A stretch of DNA of 63,826 nt, the filler included, from Reclinomonas americana ATCC 50394 (Eukaryota), in the NCBI GenBank assembly GCA_048213135.1. It is 12 parts of 12 records of this genome, joined end to end, with 100 filler letters (N's around TTAATTAATTAA, not from the genome) between each part and the next. Parts side by side here need not be neighbours in the genome. Positions count along the whole stretch, not along the records: positions 1 to 5,166 come from AFZH01018165.1; positions 5,267 to 22,894 come from AFZH01018166.1; 10 more parts are not named here. One strand, given 5' to 3'. The position numbers and the translations under genes are program-made. This document shows, one piece after another, positions 1 through 13,001 of the stretch (the first letter of the stretch is position 1; every line of letters begins with the position of its first letter). Below the pieces are notes generated by a model, which saw nothing but the letters and a program-made list of their open reading frames with translations, was not told where the DNA came from and ran no database searches.

Positions 1-1
1 A

Positions 2-390
2 TGCCAGTGCACGGGCGACTATACGAATGCCAGCTGCAACTGCAGTCCCACTACAACATGCTCCGGCCACGGAACGTGCAAGACGGGCGGCACATGCCAG
101 TGCACTGGCGACTACACCAATGCCAGCTGCAACTGCAGTCCCACTACGACGTGCTCTGGTCACGGAACGTGCAAGACGGACGGCACGTGCCAGTGCACCG
201 GCGACTACACCAATGCCAGCTGCAACTGCAGTCCCACCACCACTTGCTCCGGTAACGGAACGTGCAAGACTGACGGTACGTGCCAGTGCAACAGCAACTA
301 CTACGGTGCTTCGTGCAATGTGAACTGCGTGGCGGCCACCACGTGCTCTGGCAATGGAACTTGCAAGAGTGACGGCACTTGCCAGTGCAC
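2..390 (+). repeat. Coding tandem repeat, 93-nt unit (EGF-like)
   Basis: TGCCAGTGC recurs at 2, 95, 188, 281 (period 93) and 380 (99). Confidence 0.9.
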
Positions 391-1138
391 CGATCCCATG
401 AACCTCAGCAGCAACTGCTGTGTGCCCAACTGTTCTGGCAAGGCATGCGGTAGTGACGGTTGCGGCGGATCGTGTGGCACGTGTGGTTCCGGTCTGCAGT
501 GTAATGCGTCGTTCCAGTGCGAGTCGGCGTGCGTGCCCAGCTGTGTCGGCAAGACGTGCGGCAGTGACGGGTGCGGCGGATCGTGCGGCTCGTGCACCGT
601 CGGGGACTTGCTCATCTCCGAATACGTGGAGGGCACCAGCAACAACAAGTACCTGGAACTCTACAACAACAGTGCCTCTGCCTTGGACCTCAACGACTAC
701 GAAGTGCGATTGTTCTCCAACGGCTCCACCACCGCAGTAGTTCAGCAATTTTCAACCCTATCCGGCCTGCCCTCAACAACGCTGGCGTCGGGAGGAATCA
801 TCGTTCTGCGTAACGGGTCGGCCGCACTGACGTTGCCGGGCGGTGTTGTGACGTACACTAGTTCAGTCATCAATTACAACGGCGATGACGCCATTGGCAT
901 CTGGAAGAAGTCGACGTCGTCATACGTGGACATTTTTGGCGTCATTGGACAGGACCCCGGTAGTTCATGGACTTCCGGTTCATTCACCACGGTCGACAAG
1001 ACGCTGCGCCGCAAGTCGTCTGTCCTCTCGGGTGTCACGACGAATCCATCCTCGACATTCGCGACGCTGGGGACGGAGTGGGATCAGTTCAATGTCGACA
1101 CCGCATCTGGCCTCGGCTCGCACACAATCACTGGGTAG
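2..1138 (+). CDS. Cys-rich EGF-like repeat protein with CxPxCxGKxCGSDGCGGSCGxC motifs and C-terminal lamin-tail (LTD) domain; 5'-truncated by window edge
   Basis: The frame of ORF 320..1138 stays open back to position 2. It has 31-aa repeats CQCTGDYTNASCNCSPTTTCSGHGTCKTDGT, two CVPxCxGKxCGSDGCGGSCGxC units, then LLISEYVEGTSNNKYLELYN...NGDDAI...DKTLRRK, typical of LTD domains. No introns; stop TAG at 1136-1138. Confidence 0.8.
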   Translation, partial: CQCTGDYTNASCNCSPTTTCSGHGTCKTGGTCQCTGDYTNASCNCSPTTTCSGHGTCKTDGTCQCTGDYTNASCNCSPTTTCSGNGTCKTDGTCQCNSNYYGASCNVNCVAATTCSGNGTCKSDGTCQCTDPMNLSSNCCVPNCSGKACGSDGCGGSCGTCGSGLQCNASFQCESACVPSCVGKTCGSDGCGGSCGSCTVGDLLISEYVEGTSNNKYLELYNNSASALDLNDYEVRLFSNGSTTAVVQQFSTLSGLPSTTLASGGIIVLRNGSAALTLPGGVVTYTSSVINYNGDDAIGIWKKSTSSYVDIFGVIGQDPGSSWTSGSFTTVDKTLRRKSSVLSGVTTNPSSTFATLGTEWDQFNVDTASGLGSHTITG

Positions 1139-1831
1139 TCGGAGGGAATGCAAACGACGAGTTCGAAATAAATCAGGAATAAATTAAATCACTTTCCTGT
1201 TTATAGATATAATCCCAGATCGTGACAGCACCAACATTTATTAGTGCATTCGCTGCGCTTTGGAGGAGCTTTTACCAACTCGAGAAGATGCGGAATGCAA
1301 GCAATGCATGCAGCACACTACTTGCGTTTGCGCAATTGCTCGGCCCATCGATGTTGTGGAAGTAAAAGCGAGATCCGGAATTTGCACGGGACAGATGGAA
1401 GCGCTCAAGGATAGCATGCCCGCATGATCCAGCAGCATGGGCTATCTGAGTACGCGGCGCGGCAAAATAACGACAATGTCCATTGGTCAGCCACAAGAAA
1501 CCGGTTACCGGAATTACAGGAATTTGACGATTGCAATAATGCGTGGCCAACCAATCGCATTGCAGAGTGGCTGTCAATCCATCCATGCTAGTTTTCGAGT
1601 CGTGGTATTCTAGTGCACTTCAATCCCCTCTCAGTAGGTAGTCCCATTTGCGATCGCGATGCGCTCGCCGAACGAACGGAATCCACAACCGCATGTGACA
1701 CCAGAGGTGTCAAGACGCACATCATATTGCGTTTTTCCTCCGTCACCAGCGCGCGCACACACACACAGCTCCTCCACTCACTCACTCACACCACTCACCA
1801 CCTCCACCGCCGCCTGTTCGACTTTCCCAGT

Positions 1832-3489
1832 ATGTCCACTGGCCGCATTGCCGAGCTGGTGGCCACAGTCGAGCAAGCCAGCGCCGCAGTCGCCGCACCC
1901 CTCTCATCACCCAATGGACGACGCAGTCTGCAGCGCTCCGCCAACTCACCCAAGCGCATTCTAGTCGTCTCCGCCACACCTCCCTCTGCCGAGTTGCGCA
2001 CACAACGCGATCAAGAAAGTGTCTCCGATATCTCTCGACTGACTCTCTCTCATTTTTCTCTCACAGTGCCAAGGCCATCTTCCAGCAGCTGGTGCACCCG
2101 GAGCGCCGCGGCTCAGTCACCTCAACCACCACTCCTTCACAGACAGAGGCGGCACGTGTGCAGCTGCGCTCGCCGACCTCGCCCATGTCTGCGAGCTCCA
2201 AAACGTCACTGGAGTTGGCCGCGGATCGCCGTCGCGCGCGGAGTGTGTCGCCGAAGCGGAACAGCATTGAAGACTCGCAGCAGCTGCCGACAGAGACGAG
2301 TGTGCTGGCCTCCATGTCGAGCGAGTTCATGGACTTTGACTCGTTTTTGGTCGGCAGTCAACAGCAGCAGCAGCAGCAGGGACGCAGTTTCGTGAATGCT
2401 CATGCGTGGCTCGTTGTGCTGCGCTGCGTGTGGTGTGTCTAACACTACACACACACAGATGGTCGTTTGGGCCGCTCGGTGGGGGCGCACAGTGGGCCGT
2501 TCCGACGAGGCCGCAAGACGCCACCGCCCTTCAACATTGGCGAAAAGTGCAACTATCAGAAGCCGTGGCCGCGCCACGTCAGTGGCGACGCACTGTACTT
2601 TCCAGTCCCCAACACGTTCCAAGTGCGACCAGGGGTGCGTAGCGTTTGTGCAGTGGTAGTCAGTGCACTAGTGGTGGCATGGTGATTCTCACGAGTCAAT
2701 TCGATTTCAGACCATAAGTCGACCACCGTTTGGTGTGGGCGGCCGGCTACCGACACTGGAGCCGACCAAGCCACCAGAGTCCGGCGTGCAGCTGACGTAC
2801 CTGGACTCGCAGGAGGCAGAGGCGGCCGACAAACGGAAGGTGAGCCGAACGACTGCTTGTCGTTTCCTGCTTCTGACTAATAACCGCTGCTGCTGCTCAT
2901 TCGCCACCACCAGCCCTCGCCCAGTCGCCCGGGCTTTGGCAAGGGAGCGCCCATGGCCTACGAGGTGCCGACTCCACTGCCCGCTGCCGATGGCAAGACG
3001 TACGTCGAGCCGAACCTGTCTTGGTCGCCAGCAGTCAAGGTTTGCATTGTGTCGTGCGAGATTGTGCATGTCGGGTGATCTCTGACGACCTCCTGTGTGC
3101 GGCAGAGTGCCACGTCGCCACCCTTTGGTGTCAAGACGGCCATGGTACACCAGCTCAAGTCGCACATCCCCTCGCTGTACGATCCGTACCGCCACATCTC
3201 CAAGAACAAGCTGCGCCAAGTGGAAGTCGAGGTGAGCATATGCATGCATGATGCTCGAGCGCACGCCTCGCATGAGCCCTGACCATTGCTGCACCCACAG
3301 GCCGCCGAGGACCTTGCACGCTTGTCGGACTTGCACGAACCACCCAAGGCACGACCGCGAACATCGCCCGCGGAGATCTCCTCGCCAGAAATCACCGTCG
3401 CCGATCGCGACAACATGTCTCGACATCGCATCTCCCCGCTGAAGCAGCCGCCGAGCACCGCACAAGGCATCCGTCGCTCCCACTCATGA
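1832..3489 (+). CDS. Multi-exon Ser/Pro-rich hypothetical protein
   Basis: ATG 1832 (MSTGRIAELV). Short GT-AG introns (e.g. 1993-2066) join segments AKAIFQQLVHPERR, PPESGVQLTYLDSQEAEAADKRK, MVHQLKSHIPSLYDPYRHISKNKLRQVEVE and AAEDLARL...RRSHS* (TGA 3487-3489). No family recognised. Confidence 0.45.
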
Positions 3490-3581
3490 TGAGCCGAGCG
3501 AGAAAACAGAGAGTGTATAACAGCTTCGAGAAAACGGAAGTCCGCGTGTCCTCCACTTCTCTTCACTATCACATCGCCGCG

Positions 3582-5032
3582 ATGAGCACTGTGTGGACGT
3601 TTTCCACAGAGGTGGCCGACCCCACCACCCCGCCCACAGCCTTTATCCATTCCTCCACACAACCGCGCTCACAGCGACAAGCAGCAACTCTGTGGCAGCT
3701 CTTTCAGCACGCACGGCCCACAGGGTGAGTGAGAGAGAGAGAGAAAGAGAGCGCGCTTGCATTCTGTGACACTCAATGCTCTCTCTGTCTCAACAGTGCA
3801 CATGAGCTGGCACAACGCGCACGTACCGATCAATCACTGCGCATGCCCAGTGCGTATCTGAGCGCATTGCACGAGTCGCACTCTCCACTGGCGCCCTCTG
3901 CGCAGCAACAGAACGCAGTCACGCCCGCCATGATGGCGCCTTCACTCTCTGCGCGCCCTGTGGGTCCTCTCCCCACATTCACTCCGCACGCGGCCATGGG
4001 CGCCTCGGCGGCCTCGGGAGGCAACAGCAGCAGCAGCAGTGCATTCGCGTTTGATCGGCGACGCAAGTCGTTGCGTTTCTTCTCTTGATGCCTCACGACT
4101 TCTTCTGTTTGTGTCTCTCTTTACTTCTTCTTCTTCCTCTCATCCTCCTCTTATTGTTCTTCTTGTTGTTTTTTCTTGTTTTCTTTTCTTGTTGATTCTC
4201 CTTTTCCTTCTTCTTGTCCTCCTCCTTCCTCTTGTTCTTCTCCTCCTCCTTCTCCTTCTTCATGTTCTCTTCTTTCTTCTTCCTCTTCTTCTGTTCTTCT
4301 TTTCTTCTTCTTCCTCCTGTTCTTCTTCTTGTTGTCCTTCTCCATCTTTTTTCCTTTCCTTCTCCTCAGCTCCTTTCCCTCGCTCTCCCTGTTCTTCTTC
4401 TTCTTCTCCTCCTCCTCATCCTCCTTGTTCTTCTGTTCTTCTTCGTCGTTCTCCTTCTCTTCCTTCTCCTCCTTCTTCTTCTTCCCTTTGTGTACTTCTT
4501 TCGTCTCCTTCTTCTTCCCCCTTTCCCTCCTCCTTCACCCTCCATCTTTCCACTCACGTCGCACTCGCAGCACGGGCCCTCGCAAGCCGCTGCCGCCCGG
4601 CTCCACCATGGCACTCTCGCTCGGGCACATGAATCGACAGGCGCTGAAGAAGCTGGAGCAGTTCCGCATCGGGCAGGCGCTCTCCGTGGACGACTTGCGC
4701 GAGTTGCTGGGTGTGCGGCGGCGCAAGAATAAGGGACAGCCGACCGGTCATGCGTCGTTGCGTTATGAGTGTGGAGTGCCGTGTGCAGTTTTTTTTGGCA
4801 GTCGTGTGACGAGAGAATCGCATGCGCCAGTCTCATGGCCTTTACGGACGAGACGGTGGATGTGCTGTTCCGCACCTTGGTGCGCCTGGCGGCCGCCGGT
4901 CGCCAACCGTATCCGGAGGAGGATGTGATGGATTATCTGTTGAAGAGCACCGAGCTGACGGAGATGCAGATTCTCACGTGGTTCACCAACGCTCGTCGTC
5001 GTTACTTCCCCACGCTCGTGTATGTTGCGTAG
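3582..5032 (+). CDS. TALE-class homeodomain transcription factor (multi-exon)
   Basis: Last exon encodes FTDETVDVLFRTLVRLAAAGRQPYPEEDVMDYLLKSTELTEMQILTWFTNARRR with the TALE PYP loop and WFxNxRRR helix 3. Upstream exons join through GT-AG introns; start at ATG 3582 is tentative. Confidence 0.75.
4090..4550 (+). repeat. Intronic (TTC/TCC)n polypyrimidine tract
   Basis: About 450 nt almost purely C/T, ending shortly before the acceptor AG at ~4569-4570. Confidence 0.85.
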
Positions 5033-5166
5033 CGAGGCGCATTTGCAGAGAGGGGGGGTGGGGGGGGGGGCGGTGCGTGTACGGCCGAACGGACGGGAGT
5101 GTACGGTACGAGCAGACCACCAGCCCTCCGCCCACGTCGCCCGGGCCGTTTGGTCGAACGGGAGGC

Positions 5167-5266
5167 NNNNNNNNNNNNNNNNNNNNNNNNNNNNNNNNNN
5201 NNNNNNNNNNTTAATTAATTAANNNNNNNNNNNNNNNNNNNNNNNNNNNNNNNNNNNNNNNNNNNN
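5167..5266. other. Assembly gap with artificial six-frame stop linker (first of 11)
   Basis: N-run/TTAATTAATTAA/N-run, 100 nt. Identical blocks start at 22895, 27886, 32986, 42068, 45044, 53198, 55958, 57287, 59402 and 62578. Confidence 0.97.
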
Positions 5267-6038
5267 GGGGGGCGGGGGGATGATTCGTGAGCGACACATA
5301 CCACCACCACCACCGTCGATGGTTCTTGTCTCTCCGCTCTTGCACTTGTCATTGTTTCCACTGCCTATTCCGCCATTCACTATTTTTCCTCACTCGCGCA
5401 TTTTCCTCACGCTCTCTCTCAGCCGCCATTCCGTTACACGACCTTTTGCGTTGCGCCATACCTGTTTTTCCTTCCTCTCTCTCTCACACCGCCCACTGAT
5501 TCTCACGCGCCACGCTCCCTCGCATTCCATGCACCCTTTCACTTGTGTGTTTCCATACCACAATATCCTTCCACTCTCTTACTTTGTCCGTTGGTTCTCA
5601 CGCGCCACACTCTTCGAAATCCTTGCATCCTGTCGCGTATGTTCTCTTGTCACAATATCATTTCCCACTGATTACCGCGCTCGTCAATGTCACCCTCGCC
5701 TTTCCTTGCGCTATTGCGCTTCTGGTCTCGCACTACAAACTCCATCCCTCATTCACATCATCTTTTCCTTGTACTCTTCTCAGTCTCCCTTTTCGTCTTG
5801 CACATCATGCACTGGTCCTCTCGCGCCCCTCCACTCGCTCTTGCTCTTTTCAGCCTGTCGCGCTTCTGATCACGCACCACGATTTCCTTCCCCTCTGTTC
5901 ATCATCCACTAATTTCTCCTCTCCCCTCCCTTTGCCCTCCCCTTCCCCTCCCCTTCCCCTTCCCCTCCCCTTTCCCTCCCCTTCCCCTCCCCTTCCCCTC
6001 TCCTCTCCCTCCCCTTCCCCTTTCTTCCCTTCTCGCAG

Positions 6039-6710
6039 ATGCAAGCCTCGCTCATCGACGACGGCGGCCGGATCACCGACATTCACGGCATTCCGCTGGC
6101 CGACGAAGAATCGGCTCGTGCGGCAGCGCAGCGCCTGCGTGTGGAGAATTTCGGTTCGGCGGGCGAGAACATGTCAGGCATGGCTGGTGGTGGCGATGGC
6201 GGCATGGGGAGTGGAGGCGGTGGAGGCAGTTATGAGGACTTGGAGATGTTGGACGACGACGAAGATGGCGATGAGGACGACGGCATGGATGACGACGGGA
6301 TGATGGACGACGAGCTGGTGAGTGCGTCGAGCATGTCACGGCAGTCGAGTCGACAGGACCTCTACGAGGCGGCGGTCGTTGCCGCACCCAATCAGTTTCG
6401 TATGCTGCTCCTGGTCAGTCACTACCTTTCTCTTTGTTTTTCCTCACTCCGGGATGCAGGTCGGATGCAAAACCGGTTCGTCGCTTGGTGCTGCATAGCA
6501 GTTCGCTGGCGGCATCGGCGCCACGTGATGAACAGATGGGGGACGACGACGACGAGGACGATGATGATGGCGATGATGATGGCGACGAGGACGATGGTGG
6601 CAGTGCACCAATGTTGCGTCGCGGTGCCGAACGCTTGCTTGCAGCTGCTTGTGTTCTCTAAACATTTCTCCACAGGGATGGTTCCGGCGCTGCTCGTTGA
6701 CTCGGCCTGA
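6039..6710 (+). CDS. Partial acidic (Asp/Glu/Gly-rich) hypothetical protein, internal/3' exons
   Basis: Strong pyrimidine tract plus CAG before 6039, then GC-rich coding-like sequence QASLIDDGGRITDIHGIPLADEES...DDDEDGDEDD. 3' boundary uncertain. Confidence 0.4.
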   Translation: MQASLIDDGGRITDIHGIPLADEESARAAAQRLRVENFGSAGENMSGMAGGGDGGMGSGGGGGSYEDLEMLDDDEDGDEDDGMDDDGMMDDELVSASSMSRQSSRQDLYEAAVVAAPNQFRMLLLVSHYLSLCFSSLRDAGRMQNRFVAWCCIAVRWRHRRHVMNRWGTTTTRTMMMAMMMATRTMVAVHQCCVAVPNACLQLLVFSKHFSTGMVPALLVDSA

Positions 6711-7115
6711 CTATAGATATGTCGTAAGGCAAGTCGAACGAGGCTTCTTCTCGTCTGTCATGCTTTCCCTAAAAATGCAATTCTTTATGTTACAGCCTTG
6801 TGGGGCCAGTCCACTCGGTTGCATCGCGCGCTTGGTCACAGTTTCCCGTGTGTCCGGTGCGGTGCTTTTACATGGTCTTGCATGCCCCTTGCGTTTTCTC
6901 ATTTCGCATTCGTACAGAAAGTGAGTGGCGATGCTTCGTGTCGCCCGACGGCGCGATGTGCCGAATCAAGAACCGAACAGTCGCGCACGATGAACACATG
7001 AAGTCTCCTCAGCTGTACACTTGTTTCTGTGGATGGGAAAAATACTAACGTCGTCGGTGTCCCTTCTGACACACGGCTCAGCTAACTACCTGCACACTGC
7101 GCTGCCCCACTACTA

Positions 7116-10100
7116 CTACTTCCATCCACTCACTCCGACGGACTCGCGTGCCGATGTCGGCTGCGATGTCGACTGTGGTGTGCCCGGCGGTGCCGGGCTT
7201 CCCGGCACCTTGTTCTTGGTGATGGGTGCACGCTGCACCTGCCGTGAGCGCTTGCCGAACTCGAGCGTGTGCAGGCTCTCTGTCATGTTGCCGTGGCCAG
7301 GCGCCACGTTGACAAAGAGAAGCATCTTGGCGTTACCGCCCAGCGAGTCCTGCAGCAGGTGCGTCAACTTGGAGTTGCGATACGGAATGTGGCGGTTGCG
7401 CTTCTCGGCCAGGGCACCCAACACATCGCCGAGTGCCGACAAGGACTTGTTGACAAACGACGACTCGCGCAGAGCGGTACCAGTGACACCACTGCGCGAG
7501 ACACATTCGCTGCCGGCCAGATCCACCAGGTTCAGCTTGCTGTGCGTCACCTCGCCGTTGATCATCGAGGTGCATGTCAGGTAGTATGTCACCACACTGC
7601 GAGGAGGTTGCAGCGTGAGTGTCGATTTTTCCTTTCTCTTTCTTTTTCCCCTCTACTCACCAGTGCGACCGACTGCTGGTCTTGTTCATCAACGTCTCGG
7701 TGGTGGCGCGATCCGCCAATGCCGCATCCATCAGCTGCACTGCGCGCTCCGGGTGCGGCACAGCCTCCACAGCCAAGTTCTGCACGTACACATTGTCGTC
7801 GCGTGTCTGCAACTCGCACTTGTTGCGTGTGAGCAGATCGGTGAGCTTGTCGTTGTAAATCTCCAGCACCGACATCTGCGCGAGGAAGTGTCAGCTTCCA
7901 CTGCCCACTCATTGCGCACACAAGAATGCAGCTCACCGTCAGCTGGCACTCGTGCGTCTCGCGCTTGGACTGCAGCTGCTCCCACAGGCGGAAGACTGCG
8001 CGATATGAAATTCCTGGCTGCTCGGGTGACCCTTGCAGCGTGTGCGTCTTGCCAGAGCCCGTCTGGCCGCTGCACATTTGCGTGCGTGTCAACAAAGCGG
8101 CTCGTGCCACGTAGTAACATACACATACACACAGTCAGGCTGGCACGCAACTAGGCCATAATTGCCACATTGTACCCATCGACAAACGAGTCGATAAGAG
8201 GAACCACGTCCGCAAACACGCGCTCTACAATGCCCACACGTGAGTACCGACATTTTTGCAGTGCGGCATGCGTCACTCAAACCTTGTGCAGCGTGCGGCG
8301 GATAAACGTACTCGAACTCAAAGGAACGCGGTTTCGGTGCCGAGGACGACGATGACGTTGCTCCTGGTACCACCGACGACTGATGGCGAGCCTCGACCAG
8401 CACGTGCTCGTCGTCGGGTGCGCACACTGCCAGGGCGCTTCCGTCGCTCTCCATTGTCGGTCGAATGCGCGCATGCACTCGAATGCTGCCTCGCAGATCG
8501 ACCAGCTCGTTGTGCAACTGACGCCGGCGAGCGTGCTCCTCCGCAAACTTGTGCTGTAGTGACACAATCTTGTCGTCGAAGCGAGACTCTGCGCGCGTAC
8601 ACACGTGAGGACTGCAGCATTCACTTGACGGCCTCCTCATGATCACCGCCACTCACCAAAGCCGCCAATGTATTGACCCACATTGCGCTGCGCGTCGGTC
8701 AGGAACTCGGTGAATGACGACACCATTTGCTCAATAGTGTATGCAGTCTCGTGAGCGGCCACAGACAGGCTCTGCATGTGCGTCAGCAATTGTGCAGCGA
8801 GAGTGGAGGGGAGGAGCGACAGAATACGCAACAGAGCACGCGGCCTTGACCTTGCCGAGTGACGCCAGCTGCGCGGAATTCAATCTGCGCCAATGTTTCG
8901 TTGAGAAGGTGTGGTGAAATTGCGGCAATGCGGACACTGACCTCTGTCGTGTTTCGCGAGCGGCCTTGACTTGCTTCTCCGTGTCTGCGCGCAACTCGGC
9001 AGTTTCTTGCTTCTGTCGCTGCTTCTCGGCATGCACGCGGGCCATCCAGCACAGACGCTCGCGACGCACTTGTCGTCGATAGCCCTGCAGATTTGCAGAG
9101 GTTAGCGCACTGTGATAGAAGAAAAAAAGATTCACAAAAGCGAAAGTGCTCTTGTGTGATGGGGAGAAAAGAGAGAACCGTGCAGGAGAGAATACAAAGA
9201 GCGAAGCAGAATGTCACGTGGGTCAGATCTTTCTTCCATGCACTTCTGCCAATATAGTCAAGCTGCCTCTGCTTCTTCTTATCCGTGTATCACCTCTCTT
9301 CCTCTCCTCTCGCCTCTCTCCTTCATCTGTCTGCTCAGGTATCACTAGTTATCATTCTCTTTCTCTCTTCTCCTTCTCCCTCGCCCACCTGAATCATCGA
9401 GTCATACTGACGCCGCATACGCGTCTCATTGCGCAGAGCCAGTTTCAGCGACTCGTGACACTCGCGGAGATTGGCGTTCGACTGGCGCAGCGCCTCGCTC
9501 AGGGTGGCCACACGCTGCGGCAACGACAACATCACCGACTCGCCACCAATCGTATTGACGGCTGCGCGCTGCGCTTGTGACTCCTTCAGCACCTGTGCCA
9601 GTGACGGCGCCGTGTTCTCCTTTTGCACCGGCTCGAGACGGAACCGAGCCATGTCGCGCTGATGCTGCTGAAGCTGCTGCTGCTGCTGGTGCTGCTGCTG
9701 CTGATGTTGTTGCTGCTGATGGTTCTGCGGCGTGTTGATCGACGACGAAGACGAGGAGAGCGGCGTGATCGGACTGCTGACAGTGGAGAGCGCCGGCGAC
9801 GGTGAACGCACACTCGACAGCGAGTGACGGAACGATGACGACTTGCTGGCGGCGGTGTGCGCAGGCGGCGCTTGCACGGCCGGCGAGTCGACCGGCATTC
9901 CGCGATAATCGCCTTGCGGAGACGACATGTCATCGGAGAGCGGAGAGAGCACACTAGAGGCCGGCGACATGGCGGCGCTGTGATTGTGGTGGCGATGGTG
10001 GTGCGACGAAGGCGACGGCGAGCGCGTCGATCGCGACTCACGATGCCGTCTGTACTGCTTCGTGTCCACGTCGTGTCGCCTCTCCTGCGACTGCGACTCC

Positions 10101-10450
10101 ATGCTGCTGTTGATCGGCGACGCCATCTCAATGTGCGCCTCGGCCGCCGCCGCAGCTGCCGCAGCTGCCGCCGCCGCTCGAGCAATGCGCATGTGTTGTC
10201 TCGACGCGGGTCTCTGCACATGTGTGTGAGCTGATTGTGCACGGAAAAGTCACACACATACACCAGAATCTACACAGCACCTGCTTGGTGGAGGTCGGCG
10301 ACGCAGTAAGGTCGTCCACAAAGGACACGGCCGACACGCGACGCGAGCGTGCCACCTGCTCAACAATAATGAGAAATGATATGTTGTGCTCCTCGCTCTC
10401 ATTCTCTCCACACACTCCACCTTGGCAGCCACTCGCGGATCCATGTCCAT
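7116..10450 (-). CDS. Kinesin-14 family C-terminal motor protein
   Basis: Neck [24 protein letters not shown]-loop [65 protein letters not shown]-terminal exons [16 protein letters not shown]...[10 protein letters not shown] join in phase 0. Confidence 0.92.
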
Positions 10451-10626
10451 TCGCACCGGCGGCGCAGGCGATCGTCGTCGACTCGACATCTCTCGCGATT
10501 TGCTGCAAAACGGTCAACAAAGGCAGCGCGAGCCTGGTCGCGACTGTCCCACCACTTGTCTCGCTTGCTTGTTTCCGCGCGCGCAAAGCTCTCTCTTTAA
10601 CCCTCACAACTTTCTGTTGAAATAAC
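10451..10626. promoter_or_regulatory. Putative bidirectional promoter (kinesin-14 / PFK)
   Basis: About 176 nt between divergent start codons; inferred from geometry only. Confidence 0.45.
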
Positions 10627-12813
<2,187 letters not shown>

Positions 12814-13001
12814 AGGTTTTCCCCACACGCAGCAAGCAGCCCTCTCCTGCACACACAGCACATCATTCTGTATCTGTTGTTGATGTTGTTGTTGCTGTTG
12901 TTTTTGCATTCGGTTGTGCGCGTGGGAGAGAGAGTGATCAGTGTATATGCAGCGGTGACTAAACTTTGATTGCTATTATTCATTCCTCGCTCTAAAAAAT
13001 G

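Noticed and set aside
2..390. 93-nt periodic repeat as a possible CRISPR array (likewise the 126-nt and 81-nt repeats)
   Set aside because: No unique spacers; units are multiples of 3 with silent-site variation or are intronic minisatellites; no cas genes.
1993..2066. Apparent non-canonical introns (also near 4748-4831)
   Set aside because: Alternative GT donors in the correct phase exist (GTTGCG at 1993, GTGTGG at 4769), so canonical GT-AG models suffice.
5167..5266. Recurrent TTAATTAATTAA palindrome within N runs (11 times)
   Set aside because: Identical artificial six-frame stop linker in padded gaps; not biological.
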